Source: a virus
Lineage: Duplodnaviria > Heunggongvirae > Uroviricota > Caudoviricetes
IMG/VR virus record: IMGVR_UViG_3300042398_001353
Direction: 5' to 3' (one strand)
DNA length: 64,000 nucleotides
Shown: in pieces, positions 1 through 9,308 of the stretch
How positions within the stretch are numbered: position 1 is the stretch's first letter
Layout: each line of letters starts with the position of its first letter
The notes under the pieces: model-generated
Seen by the model: the letters and a program-made list of their open reading frames with translations, nothing else
What the model was told of the DNA's origin: nothing
The model's database searches: none
Translations under genes and position numbers: made by a program

Positions 1-131
1 TACTCTACAAGATGTGTTAGAACAATTTGAACCATGGGGTATTGTTAAGGTTGAGTGGGTTATGATCGACAGAAACAATAACCCAACAATTGTATCAGAA
101 GGTGTGTGGACACCACAACTTCAGTACATAG

Positions 132-467
132 ATGAGAATTCGTAATTTTTATTTTAATATACAAGAAATCCATGTAACTTCGTGGTTATTAAAGGACATA
201 TTTTGGTGTCTGAAGTTTACGTGGTTAGCAACTTTAATGGTGTTCCCGACATCACTTCTTACAATATATCTCCTAATAAAGGAAAAACATAATAGAGACA
301 CTAACATTACATTATTTTCATGGGTCTTCATGAATATATTTTGGATGTTACATGAGCTACAAAATTTTCCATTTTGGCCAGTACAACTCTTTATGTTGTT
401 AGGTATTTTTAATACATTTAGGTTACTAACTAAAAGAAGAAATGAGAAGAAAAATAATATTCATTGA
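132..467 (+). CDS. hypothetical multi-pass membrane protein
   Basis: 111-aa ORF with several long hydrophobic stretches (WLLKDIFWCLKFTWLATLMVFPTSLLTIYLLI; LFSWVFMNIFWML); no catalytic motif recognised. Confidence 0.3.
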   Translation: MRIRNFYFNIQEIHVTSWLLKDIFWCLKFTWLATLMVFPTSLLTIYLLIKEKHNRDTNITLFSWVFMNIFWMLHELQNFPFWPVQLFMLLGIFNTFRLLTKRRNEKKNNIH

Positions 468-966
468 TGTCGATGGTCCATTAGCTTGGGGAACTTGGAG
501 AGATGGTAAGGTCACTATAACAGGTGGTGCAGAAGATTTTCAAATACCCTACCCTTGGGTTAAAGAAGACTGCGAGGCGTTACAAAAAATATGTGATGAA
601 ACAAATGCTGAATTAGTTGTTAGTTCAGACTGGAAAAAACATTTTACATTCAATCAATTAAGAAGAATTTTTTGGCACTATGGTATAACGGCTCGTTTGA
701 TTGATATAACTACACATCAGGATTTATGGAATAAAATGAGTAGACCATCCATAGACCACGAACGGGCATTGGAAGTTGTGAAGTGGGCTAAAGATAATAA
801 GATATCAAATTGGATAGCAATTGATGACCTTCGTTTAGCTCAGCAATTCAAATGGTTATCACCAAGAGTTTCAATGTGGAGACACGTTCAAGTGGATGGA
901 GATCATGGAGTTGGTGGAAGACTAAGAGATAAGATTGATGAGTGCATTGCGAAATTAAATAGATAA
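442..966 (+). CDS. HAD-superfamily-like hydrolase (phosphatase/nucleotidase-like)
   Basis: N-terminal IIFIDVDGPL resembles HAD motif I (DxDG); later LVVSSDW (motif II-like) and IAIDD (motif IV-like). Confidence 0.45.
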   Translation: MRRKIIFIDVDGPLAWGTWRDGKVTITGGAEDFQIPYPWVKEDCEALQKICDETNAELVVSSDWKKHFTFNQLRRIFWHYGITARLIDITTHQDLWNKMSRPSIDHERALEVVKWAKDNKISNWIAIDDLRLAQQFKWLSPRVSMWRHVQVDGDHGVGGRLRDKIDECIAKLNR

Positions 967-1328
967 TGATATATAGAACCAGGAAATTAATTAAACCAGA
1001 AGATCTAAACCCAAGAGGCACATTGTTTGGTGGTAGGCTCCTACAATGGATAGATGAGGAGGCCGCGATATATGCGATCTGTCAGTTGGGTAGTTCTAAT
1101 ATTGTTACCAAAGTAATGTCTGAGATTGATTTTGTTGCTACAGCAAATAGTGGCGACGTTATTGAGTTTGGGATGGACTTGGTTAAATTTGGGACAACAT
1201 CAGTAACAATATGTTGTGATGTTAGAAATAAGAAAACCAAACAATCTATTATTAAAATTGACAAAATAGTCTTCGTTTTATTAGATGAGGACGGTAGACC
1301 TAAAGCACATAATAAAACTAAAAAATAA
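966..1328 (+). CDS. acyl-CoA thioesterase, hotdog fold (YciA-like)
   Basis: RGTLFGGRLLQWIDEEAAIYA closely parallels the YciA/acyl-CoA hydrolase active-site region (FGGwLMsqMDxxgAI); size ~120 aa typical of hotdog thioesterases. Confidence 0.55.
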   Translation: MIYRTRKLIKPEDLNPRGTLFGGRLLQWIDEEAAIYAICQLGSSNIVTKVMSEIDFVATANSGDVIEFGMDLVKFGTTSVTICCDVRNKKTKQSIIKIDKIVFVLLDEDGRPKAHNKTKK

Positions 1329-1503
1329 AGATATGGAATACTTACCGGTTTTTGGATTAATGTTCATTGTTGTTGCACTAGTCTCTTGGAGATGGGTGGT
1401 AGGAATTGATTATATGAAGAAAAATCACCCAGATTATAAGGGTGAAGATTGGTTGAACTGGAATAATGAAGATAATGATGATGATAAGCATCAAATTACC
1501 TAG
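1285..1503 (+). CDS. small membrane protein with acidic tail
   Basis: 72-aa ORF, one TM segment (LPVFGLMFIVVALVSWRWVV), C-terminal NEDNDDD. Confidence 0.3.
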   Translation: MRTVDLKHIIKLKNKDMEYLPVFGLMFIVVALVSWRWVVGIDYMKKNHPDYKGEDWLNWNNEDNDDDKHQIT

Positions 1504-1509
1504 TTAAAT

Positions 1510-1523
1510 GATATTTATTGTTT
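1510..1523 (+). promoter_or_regulatory. ATATTTAT(ATA) box immediately upstream of start codon
   Basis: gatatttattgttt directly precedes ATG at 1524; same box precedes more than 12 other leader-tagged genes in this window. Confidence 0.4.
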
Positions 1524-4500
1524 ATGAGAATTGTACTTACTGAAGACCAAATAGCCAGAATTAAATTAAAATTAGATAAGGAAGGTCTAAATGAAGATTG
1601 GTTTAACGATTTCATTTCAAAAGGAAGTGATTTAGTTAACAAAGGTATAGAGGCTGGAAAAGAATTTATCTCCGGTCTGGATAATGATGTTGAGAAAAAA
1701 GCAACAGATGAACCAGGTAAAGCTGACTATATTGGCGATGATGTAAATGATTTTTTTGAAATATTAAAAAACATAGACACATCAATTCCAGAACAAAAGT
1801 ATGGTTCAATGGTTCGTCAACAAGCTGTTGAGGCTGTTCAAATTGGTTTACAGATCTTAGGGTATAGCTTACCTAGATTTGGTACCGATGGTTTATTCGG
1901 GCCAGAAACAGCTCAAGCTGTTAATAAGTATAAAAAAGACAAAGGTTTAGAGGCTGTTAATGAAGTAGCTATAATCGCACCATTGGCGTTACCTTCAGGA
2001 TATAGGGGTAATTTTGGTGTACAAAGAAAAACACATGTTCATAATGGTATCGATATTAGTGCTTCAGTAGGCACACCGATTAAAGCAATTGCAGATGGTG
2101 TTGTTGTAATGAGTGATCCAAACTACAATGACAGTTGTGGCGCCGGAATTTCAATTAAACACGCTGATGGTTTTCAAAGTGGATACTGCCATTTATCAAA
2201 AAATAGTGTTAATGTTGGTGATTCTGTGAAACAAGGTGATATTATTGGTTTAACAGGTGGTGCAGCAGGTGCGCGAGGTGCCGGTAATTCAGATGGGCCA
2301 CATCTACATTTTACACTTAAAAAAGGTGGAACACCAGTTAATCCAATGAGTTATTTTGGTGATTCAATTGGTACATTTAGCGCGCCAACAGATGGGTTTT
2401 TAGCTGGAGGGTCGGTTATTACTGTTGAAATGGTTGATAAGTTAATTAGTGATTTGGAAACCAAAGGAGTTACATCGGATGATTTAAAAAAGCATATTGA
2501 TCCTGCGATTACAACTGGTGGTTCAATGATTTTCAGTGACCTTGATTTAAAAACTAGTAGTGGTAAAGCTGCTTATAAAGATATTTGTGACAATTATATT
2601 AATCAAGTTAATCCATCAGCTTTTGTTAATGGTACAATGATGGCTGACTCGGCAGAAAGAGTGTTCACTAGATACGGAAAGTATGTTCCACCTGAATTAG
2701 CTTTGGCACAATTAGCACTAGAAGGTGGTTTATTGAGCAATACTAGTAAAAGACCTATCAAAACTAAAAACCCATTCAATGTTGGGAATACTGACAAACC
2801 ATATAGAGATAATTACCGACCTAGTTTTGAAGATGGTGTTGACATTTATTATGATCTTATAGCTAGAAAGTATTTGGTAAAGGGTAAAACAGCTAATGAT
2901 TTAATCAATGATTTTAGAAATGCAGCTGGAAACCATTATGCAACAGCTGGAGCATATGAAGAAGGTTTAAGAACTTTAGTTGCGTCTATAAGAAAAAGAA
3001 ACGCATCTGTTTATGCTAGATTAAATTTAAATAAAAGTGCATCTGGTTTATCAGAATCATTATTATCAGAGGCAGATAAAAGACAAGCAATTAAAAATGC
3101 TTTCCGTGTTAGTCAAGATTGGGCTGACGAATTTCACAGATTAAGTGATAAACTATCTGTGTGGATTGCTGATACATTCATTACTAAAATAGTACAATCT
3201 TACGGAAATCAAGCGCCAGCTGGTGAAGATCCTAGAGAATGGATTCTTGGCTTATTTAATGAGTCAACACCTAGTGATCGTGGTATATTTGGTAGAATAT
3301 GGAATGAAACATATAAACCAAAGTATGAATATATTATGCACTTTATTCGTGCACCAAGAAGAGAACAATTAAATGTTCGAGAGCTTACATTAGATTCAGC
3401 ATATGCTATGGCGGAAGAGTGGCATGATAATTTGGAGGTAAGTAAAGAAACTAACTTCAAAGAAGAGGGTGATGTTTTTATTGATTATAGAAACGCTGAA
3501 GGTGTTGGTTATTATTGGGTACACTTACATTCAGGATATTGTTCAAAAGAAGCAGATAGAATGGGACACTGTGCTAGATCAAATAGAGGTGAACTAATTT
3601 CATTCAGAAAAGTAAATGATTTTGGTGAAGGTGAATCTTATTTAACTGTAGACTATAGACCAGGTGGTATTATTGGAGACTTCCATAGACATGGTAACAA
3701 TAAACCAACAGCTAGATTTCACAAACAAATTGTTGATTTTTTAATTAACACAACATATCCTGTTACAAGTTTAACAAGAGAAGGTGTACATAGATATGAA
3801 GATAATTTCCAACTAAGTGATTTATCAGCGGCAGATTTAAAAACTGTTCGTGATAACAACGCAGCATTAAAATATAATATTTCAGATACAAATAGTTGGC
3901 CCGAAATTATTGATGCTATACTTTCTGGTGATCTTGATTTAGGAAATTATTCAGGTAAAATAAAATTACAATTATTGCAAAAAGCTATTTCATTAAATCT
4001 TGGTGACGAGTTTATGAGATTATTTAACCATGATGTTGTTAAAAGTATGTTAGGTGCAACAGATGAATTAAGTAACAGCGAAAGAAATTTCTTACTTACT
4101 AATTTTGGTTCACAAATTGTTGAAACAATGAAATCAGCATTAGACCTATCAATTTCTGAGAATGGTTTAAATGTCGCTAAGGAACATTTTATAGATAGTT
4201 TAAGAGCAATATCACAAGACTTATTTAGTGGTTATCAAAACTTATGTCCATATATTGATTACGGATTTAAAAAGTTTGATGAAGAAGCCAGAATTGAAAT
4301 CGTTGGATCAAGAGGTATAAAGAGAACATTATTCTCATGTACCGATGTTCTACCATTCTTAATACGTTTTGCTGAGAACTCACCTGTGGATAGTAATGGA
4401 AACATTATTGTTAAAACAGAAGATGGTTTGTGGGGATTAATTAAGAGAAGCGGTGAAACTATTCTTCACCCACAGTTCTATGCTGTAGGTATATCACCAG

Positions 4501-4598
4501 AGAACAAGAGAACTTACACCGTTCAGAACGCAAATTCAGACTGGTTTAGATTTGACCCAGAGACTGGTGAAACATTAAAATTAGCTAGAAAAAGATAA
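1524..4598 (+). CDS. multidomain virion-associated peptidoglycan hydrolase (PG_binding_1 + M23 endopeptidase + glucosaminidase-like + RMGHC module)
   Basis: ORF track starts at TTG 1518; ATG at 1524 gives MRIVLTEDQIARIK, matching the shared leader. PG_binding_1-like QAVEAVQIGLQILGY...DGLFGPETAQAV; M23 motifs HNGIDI and PHLHF; ALAQLALEGG...NPFNVGN resembles Glucosaminidase; C-terminal EWHDNL...GVGYYWVHL...RMGHC module is shared with 57953..59491 and 62317..63552. Confidence 0.8.
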   Translation: MRIVLTEDQIARIKLKLDKEGLNEDWFNDFISKGSDLVNKGIEAGKEFISGLDNDVEKKATDEPGKADYIGDDVNDFFEILKNIDTSIPEQKYGSMVRQQAVEAVQIGLQILGYSLPRFGTDGLFGPETAQAVNKYKKDKGLEAVNEVAIIAPLALPSGYRGNFGVQRKTHVHNGIDISASVGTPIKAIADGVVVMSDPNYNDSCGAGISIKHADGFQSGYCHLSKNSVNVGDSVKQGDIIGLTGGAAGARGAGNSDGPHLHFTLKKGGTPVNPMSYFGDSIGTFSAPTDGFLAGGSVITVEMVDKLISDLETKGVTSDDLKKHIDPAITTGGSMIFSDLDLKTSSGKAAYKDICDNYINQVNPSAFVNGTMMADSAERVFTRYGKYVPPELALAQLALEGGLLSNTSKRPIKTKNPFNVGNTDKPYRDNYRPSFEDGVDIYYDLIARKYLVKGKTANDLINDFRNAAGNHYATAGAYEEGLRTLVASIRKRNASVYARLNLNKSASGLSESLLSEADKRQAIKNAFRVSQDWADEFHRLSDKLSVWIADTFITKIVQSYGNQAPAGEDPREWILGLFNESTPSDRGIFGRIWNETYKPKYEYIMHFIRAPRREQLNVRELTLDSAYAMAEEWHDNLEVSKETNFKEEGDVFIDYRNAEGVGYYWVHLHSGYCSKEADRMGHCARSNRGELISFRKVNDFGEGESYLTVDYRPGGIIGDFHRHGNNKPTARFHKQIVDFLINTTYPVTSLTREGVHRYEDNFQLSDLSAADLKTVRDNNAALKYNISDTNSWPEIIDAILSGDLDLGNYSGKIKLQLLQKAISLNLGDEFMRLFNHDVVKSMLGATDELSNSERNFLLTNFGSQIVETMKSALDLSISENGLNVAKEHFIDSLRAISQDLFSGYQNLCPYIDYGFKKFDEEARIEIVGSRGIKRTLFSCTDVLPFLIRFAENSPVDSNGNIIVKTEDGLWGLIKRSGETILHPQFYAVGISPENKRTYTVQNANSDWFRFDPETGETLKLARKR

Positions 4599-5129
4599 TT
4601 AAGATTCGTAACCATCAAGACCATAGAGTTCACCATATTTTGGATCGATCTCTTTGTTCTTGATAAGGTTTAAAACGTTAGCCTTAATTTTGTTTGCTGC
4701 AGCTCTAATAAGAGTTCCATTAGCTGTTATGCGCATACCGTCTTCATATTCAACGGTTTCATCATTACCACGAATATACCATATACCCTTTTTTTGGAAT
4801 ATACCGAAGCCTCTACAACCTAAAAATTGATTAAGTCTATCTTTGGTTGTTGTGGTTTCCCAACCACCAGTGCTTATTGTGACTACATTCTCTTGGTTAA
4901 TTTTTAATATGTTGGTATTATGGTACTTTATAGCAACAGTTCCTTCATCTATTTTATGAACGATGGTGTTGTTACCAAGCTTCTTTGACTCTCTCCCATC
5001 AAGAAAGTTAGATAGTGATCCGTAATAAAGATCAGTACAAGACAATCTAGCCTCGCTTATTTCTACTTTACCCACTTTAGACTCTAATCTCTCGATTTGT
5101 TCTTCTGTTAATACTATTTTAATTCCCAT
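4599..5129 (-). CDS. leader-tagged hypothetical protein (putative virion protein)
   Basis: N-terminus MGIKIVLTEEQIERL matches the shared leader; ATATTTATATT box lies just upstream on the - strand. Confidence 0.5.
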   Translation of the reverse strand: MGIKIVLTEEQIERLESKVGKVEISEARLSCTDLYYGSLSNFLDGRESKKLGNNTIVHKIDEGTVAIKYHNTNILKINQENVVTISTGGWETTTTKDRLNQFLGCRGFGIFQKKGIWYIRGNDETVEYEDGMRITANGTLIRAAANKIKANVLNLIKNKEIDPKYGELYGLDGYES

Positions 5130-5144
5130 AATAATATAAATATC
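5130..5144 (-). promoter_or_regulatory. ATATTTATAT box (- strand) upstream of 4599..5129
   Basis: - strand reads GATATTTATATTAT immediately 5' of the ATG at 5129. Confidence 0.4.
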
Positions 5145-5196
5145 AGGCTTTTTTTTGTTTTTTTAAACAAAATCACATATATTAGTTAATAATTTT

Positions 5197-5388
5197 TTGG
5201 TTATTATGAAAATATTCTTAATTTTACTGGCGTCAATAATGTTCGCGTTTGGGTTTTGGTATCTAATGTTCTTTTTTATCAGCAAAGAACCCAATCTTCT
5301 TGAATGGCATTGGTTAACAAAAATAGTTTATTTATTCTTCAGCTTTGCAAGTGCTGAAGGTATTGTAAAAGGAACAAAAAAAGATTAA
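5197..5388 (+). CDS. small membrane protein
   Basis: 63 aa, two hydrophobic helices (IFLILLASIMFAFGFWYLMFFFI; IVYLFFSFASA). Confidence 0.3.
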   Translation: MVIMKIFLILLASIMFAFGFWYLMFFFISKEPNLLEWHWLTKIVYLFFSFASAEGIVKGTKKD

Positions 5389-5390
5389 TT

Positions 5391-6047
5391 ATGAAATATG
5401 TATCAATTGACATTGAGACTTCTGGTCTTAATCATGACATGAACCATGTCTTATCTATCGGGGCCATCATTGAGGACACCAATAAGAAGTTACCATATGA
5501 AGAGTTACCCAAGTTTAATGCAATAGTTCTTCAAAACAACATTCAGGGTTCACCAAGAGCAATTACCATGAATAAAGATATTATTTCTTTGATGGGTGAG
5601 TACCTTGAAGGAACAGATGAAGTTAGAACCGTTCTAAATAACAATAGTGGTTATGAGTTCTACGAGGAAGACGATGTTGTAAAAGAGTTCTATAAGTTTC
5701 TATGGTGTAATGGGTATGGAACTCTAGATTCACCGTCAATACATGTAAAAGGAAAATTAACACCGATCATTGATGGTAAAACTAAACCAATCACATTGAA
5801 TGTAGCTGGTAAAAACTTTGGGACATTTGATAAGTTATTCTTACAAGAACTTCCTTGGTGGCAAAAGTTAATTAGAACTCGCCAGAGGGTTTTAGATCCT
5901 GCAATCCTTTGTGTTGACTGGGTGAACGATGAGTCATTACCATCACTTACTATTTGTAAAGAACGAAAAAATATCCAAGGTATTGTTACACATAATGCAT
6001 TGGAAGATGCGTGGGATGTTATTGAAATATTAAGAAAGTTTTATTAG
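5391..6047 (+). CDS. DEDDh 3'-5' exonuclease (DnaQ-like), paralog 1
   Basis: Exo I motif VSIDIETSGL; Exo III motif HNALEDAWD (H-x4-D); ~218 aa. Confidence 0.7.
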   Translation: MKYVSIDIETSGLNHDMNHVLSIGAIIEDTNKKLPYEELPKFNAIVLQNNIQGSPRAITMNKDIISLMGEYLEGTDEVRTVLNNNSGYEFYEEDDVVKEFYKFLWCNGYGTLDSPSIHVKGKLTPIIDGKTKPITLNVAGKNFGTFDKLFLQELPWWQKLIRTRQRVLDPAILCVDWVNDESLPSLTICKERKNIQGIVTHNALEDAWDVIEILRKFY

Positions 6048-6048
6048 G

Positions 6049-6321
6049 ATGAAAAAAATAGTTTTATTTGTAATTTTGATAGTGGGAGTGCTATCGTTAC
6101 AGTCTTGTGTTGATTATCGGGTTAGAGTTATTCGTCATGATGACAAGAATATTATCTACATACCATCACAAAGAGTTGGTTTAAGATGGGAGGATTCATA
6201 TTTTGCTTACCCATCATTACACAGTGCAAACGGAGAAATAAAAGAATGGATTGTTAAGAAACAATTTATAAAAGAAATGAAACATCCAAAATATATTAAC
6301 TATGGGGACGAATTATTATAG
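6049..6321 (+). CDS. putative lipoprotein
   Basis: MKKIVLFVILIVGVLSLQSC: signal peptide with a lipobox-like LQSC. Confidence 0.4.
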   Translation: MKKIVLFVILIVGVLSLQSCVDYRVRVIRHDDKNIIYIPSQRVGLRWEDSYFAYPSLHSANGEIKEWIVKKQFIKEMKHPKYINYGDELL

Positions 6322-6805
6322 AATACCAACACACGAGGAAATGGAATCTCGTAAGCAAACCTTAATTGGGTTTGTAACTAATCTTGAACTATCAGCTGAA
6401 AATATTGAAAGCGGATTTAAGCTTATCAGCCCAAGAAAGGATTGGGAGTGGTTCTCACCGTGGGATATGTTTTTAGAAGATACGAATGTACATTTAGGTA
6501 AGAGGAGTGCTGGTTGGAAATTCTGCTGGAACTTTCATAAAAACAAATACTATTCAGATAAAGAAAGTTTGTTAGAGTTTATTCGTGCAGGTAGAGTTGT
6601 TGATGAATATGGTGAAGAACAAGATGCCGAAGCGTTTATTGTAATGGCGCTTACATGGGGTGAACCAGATGGTTTAGTTGTTAATGAGATATACCGATTA
6701 AAAGAAAGAGCCAAAGGACACGGATCATTCTGGTTGGATAACGAAAAGCATGATGATTTAATAATCGATGGACTTAGAGTAAGTTCATCAACAGATTTTT
6801 GTTAA
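6302..6805 (+). CDS. hypothetical protein
   Basis: 167 aa, W-rich (GWKFCWNFHK), no recognised motif. Confidence 0.35.
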   Translation: MGTNYYRIPTHEEMESRKQTLIGFVTNLELSAENIESGFKLISPRKDWEWFSPWDMFLEDTNVHLGKRSAGWKFCWNFHKNKYYSDKESLLEFIRAGRVVDEYGEEQDAEAFIVMALTWGEPDGLVVNEIYRLKERAKGHGSFWLDNEKHDDLIIDGLRVSSSTDFC

Positions 6806-7458
6806 TGATAAAGTTAGATAATAACACTAAAGTTTGGATAACATCTGATACTCACTATGCACATAAAAACATATGCAGAGGTGTTACTAATTGGAGAATG
6901 CCAGATGGTTCTATACCACAATCACAGACAAGACCATTTGAAACATTAGATCAAATGAACGCAGCTATCGTGGACAACATTAATGAATATGTTGGTCAGG
7001 ATGATGTATTAATACATTTAGGTGATTGGTCGTTCGGTGGGTTTGAAAACATTGAAGAATTCCATAATAGATTGATTTGCAAGAATATACATTTAGTTCT
7101 TGGTAATCATGATCATCACATCGACAGGAATCGTGATGATATTAGAAAGCTATTCTTAAGTGTTAGTTGGTTTGAACAATTTGAATACCAAGGTGAAACA
7201 ATTGAATGTTGTCATTACCCGATCTCATCATGGAATGGGCTTCGTAAGGGCCGGATTCATTTGCACGGTCATTGTCATTTACCACTTAATAAAAAGATCA
7301 GCAACGGTCGTCGAATGGATATTGGATTAGATGGTAGTTTATTGTTTACACCATATGATTTGCATGATGTAATTAAAATGTTAAAGAAGCTACCAATTGG
7401 TTTTGAGATGGGTGCCGAAGATCATCACTCAGATGATTTACAAAATGTTGATCGATAA
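6799..7458 (+). CDS. calcineurin-like metallophosphoesterase
   Basis: Motifs ITSDTHYAH, GDWSFGG and LVLGNHDHH (D-x-H / GD / GNHD). Confidence 0.65.
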   Translation: MLMIKLDNNTKVWITSDTHYAHKNICRGVTNWRMPDGSIPQSQTRPFETLDQMNAAIVDNINEYVGQDDVLIHLGDWSFGGFENIEEFHNRLICKNIHLVLGNHDHHIDRNRDDIRKLFLSVSWFEQFEYQGETIECCHYPISSWNGLRKGRIHLHGHCHLPLNKKISNGRRMDIGLDGSLLFTPYDLHDVIKMLKKLPIGFEMGAEDHHSDDLQNVDR

Positions 7459-7493
7459 TTTTTTATTGTGAAAAAAATAAACTATATTAGTTC

Positions 7494-7880
7494 ATGGAAA
7501 AATTAAAAGCATACAAAAAACAAATTGTAACATTCATTACAATTTTCTTACTGTTTGAGTTTGGAATATTCCCAAGCCTAACAGCGCAAAGCACAACATT
7601 TAATATTGTTGGTGCGATTGGATTATTATTATTGATCATCTGGGGTGGTCTGGAACTTTATCATTGGGTTAAAAAATCTGATGGCTTTGTTGATAAAGAG
7701 GAAATGAAAGAAGTTATTAAGACTTCAGAAGAAGAACTTAAAACTAAATCAAATCCTAAACAATTTGATGGTGTTAAAAGTGAAGAACCATTTGTAAAAA
7801 CAAGAAAGAAAAAAGTTAAGAAGCCTGAGTTTCCAATGGAACCACATGCTAAAACAGTAAAGAAAACAAATAAAAAATAA
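7494..7880 (+). CDS. membrane protein with lysine-rich C-terminus
   Basis: Two TM helices followed by KTRKKKVKKPEF...KKTNKK. Confidence 0.35.
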   Translation: MEKLKAYKKQIVTFITIFLLFEFGIFPSLTAQSTTFNIVGAIGLLLLIIWGGLELYHWVKKSDGFVDKEEMKEVIKTSEEELKTKSNPKQFDGVKSEEPFVKTRKKKVKKPEFPMEPHAKTVKKTNKK

Positions 7881-7881
7881 T

Positions 7882-8790
7882 ATGGAGTCATTTGAAGAAA
7901 GGTACGCACGCCAAATGGTTGAGCGTGCACAATTAAAATTAGAAAAACAATTAAAATTACAAAAACTTATGAAAACAATTGGTGCAGGCGTATTAGGATT
8001 TTTCACATTAGTATTTTTATTTTTCTCTTGCGAGAGAATTGATGCAGGACACGTTGGTGTTAAAGTAAATCAGTATGGTGACAATAAAGGTGTTAGTGAT
8101 GTGGTAGAAGTTACCGGTATGGTATTCTTCAATCCGATCACACATAGCATTTATGAGTTCCCAACATTCATTCAACACAAAGAATATACAGGTGAGAATT
8201 CATTCGTAGTAAACAGTAAAGATGGTAGCGAGTTTCACGTTTCACCAATCATCAACTACTCTGTACAAAGAGATAAAGTTCCACAAATATTTGCAAAGTA
8301 CCGCAGAAGTTTAGAGCAGATCGAAGAAGGGTTTTTAAAGACCGCTGTGTTTGATGCATTCAGATTAGCAACTAACGTTTACACAGCTGATGAATTGATT
8401 AGCAATCGTCAGAAGTTTGAAATTGAAGTTCGTAGAATCTTAGATGGAGAATTAGGTAAGGAAGGTTTTATTATCACCCAATTTACATCTAATCTATTAT
8501 ACCCAGAAACATTTAAGAAAGCTATTGAAGCTAAGAACAATGCTGTTCAAGGTGCGTTGATGGCTGAGAATAAAGTTAAACAAGCAGAAGCTGAGGCTAA
8601 GATCAAAGTTGCAACAGCACAAGGTAACGCTCAAGCAATGCTAACATCAGCAAAAGCTGAAGCAGAAGCAAATAGTTTAAAGCAAAAGACTATTACACCA
8701 ATGCTATTACAATTAGAGTGGATCAATAAATGGGATGGTAAGCTTCCAGTATATGGTGCTGCACCAATGTTATATAAACCAGTAAACTAA
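7882..8790 (+). CDS. SPFH/band-7 (prohibitin/HflK-like) domain protein
   Basis: N-terminal TM (GAGVLGFFTLVFLFF), then a globular region and a C-terminal AEAEAKIKVATAQGNAQAM...AEAEANS coiled coil, typical of SPFH proteins. Confidence 0.5.
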   Translation: MESFEERYARQMVERAQLKLEKQLKLQKLMKTIGAGVLGFFTLVFLFFSCERIDAGHVGVKVNQYGDNKGVSDVVEVTGMVFFNPITHSIYEFPTFIQHKEYTGENSFVVNSKDGSEFHVSPIINYSVQRDKVPQIFAKYRRSLEQIEEGFLKTAVFDAFRLATNVYTADELISNRQKFEIEVRRILDGELGKEGFIITQFTSNLLYPETFKKAIEAKNNAVQGALMAENKVKQAEAEAKIKVATAQGNAQAMLTSAKAEAEANSLKQKTITPMLLQLEWINKWDGKLPVYGAAPMLYKPVN

Positions 8791-9266
8791 TGGGAAAAAT
8801 TAACATTTATTTAGATGATGTAAGAACACCAATTGTTGATGGCTGGACAGTAGTGAGAAACTATGATGAGTTTGTTAGTACAATCATGTTTCATGGTCTG
8901 GAAAATATTGAAACAATATCTTTAGATCATGACTTAGGTGACAGTGCAATGACCGAGTACTATACTAATGTTAGAAACAATTATGAATTAGATTATTCTA
9001 ACATCACAGAAAAGACTGGCTATGATTGTTGTAAATGGTTGGTAAACAAGAGTCTTGAAACAAGTATACCGATTCCTCAAGTATATGTTCATTCAGCAAA
9101 TCCAATTGGTAGTGCTAACATGATGGGTTATATCAACAATTACTTAATGAATTGCCGTCAACAACAGACGTGTGTTAGGGTACACATCCCACATACAATT
9201 GATGAAGCGATACAGTTAAGTCCAGAAGCTAGAAAAGCTAGATGGGATAGATCCAAAGAAGATTAA
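8790..9266 (+). CDS. hypothetical protein (conserved ISLDHDLGD motif)
   Basis: 158 aa; IYLDDVR ... SLDHDLG acidic motifs suggest a metal-binding or receiver-like fold; family not identified. Confidence 0.35.
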   Translation: MGKINIYLDDVRTPIVDGWTVVRNYDEFVSTIMFHGLENIETISLDHDLGDSAMTEYYTNVRNNYELDYSNITEKTGYDCCKWLVNKSLETSIPIPQVYVHSANPIGSANMMGYINNYLMNCRQQQTCVRVHIPHTIDEAIQLSPEARKARWDRSKED

Positions 9267-9308
9267 CCATAATTTGGTTTTACGAAAACAATTCACTATA
9301 TTAATAAA

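Noticed and set aside
1518-1523. TTG start giving MFMRIV... for the large lysin
   Set aside because: The ATG 6 nt downstream yields MRIVLTEDQ, matching the shared leader. The ATATTTAT box sits directly before it.
149-4598. Antisense or embedded ORFs such as 149..331, 1082..1264, 2603..2797 and 3209..3460
   Set aside because: Each lies wholly inside a longer, motif-supported gene on the opposite strand and has low-complexity translations. They are treated as spurious. The same reasoning applies to 10138..10323, 11962..12147, 12287..12526, 14329..14592, 21167..21406, 24413..24673, 25480..25695, 36625..36969, 48524..48933, 53168..53849, 54942..55469, 58074..58262 and 60540..60728.
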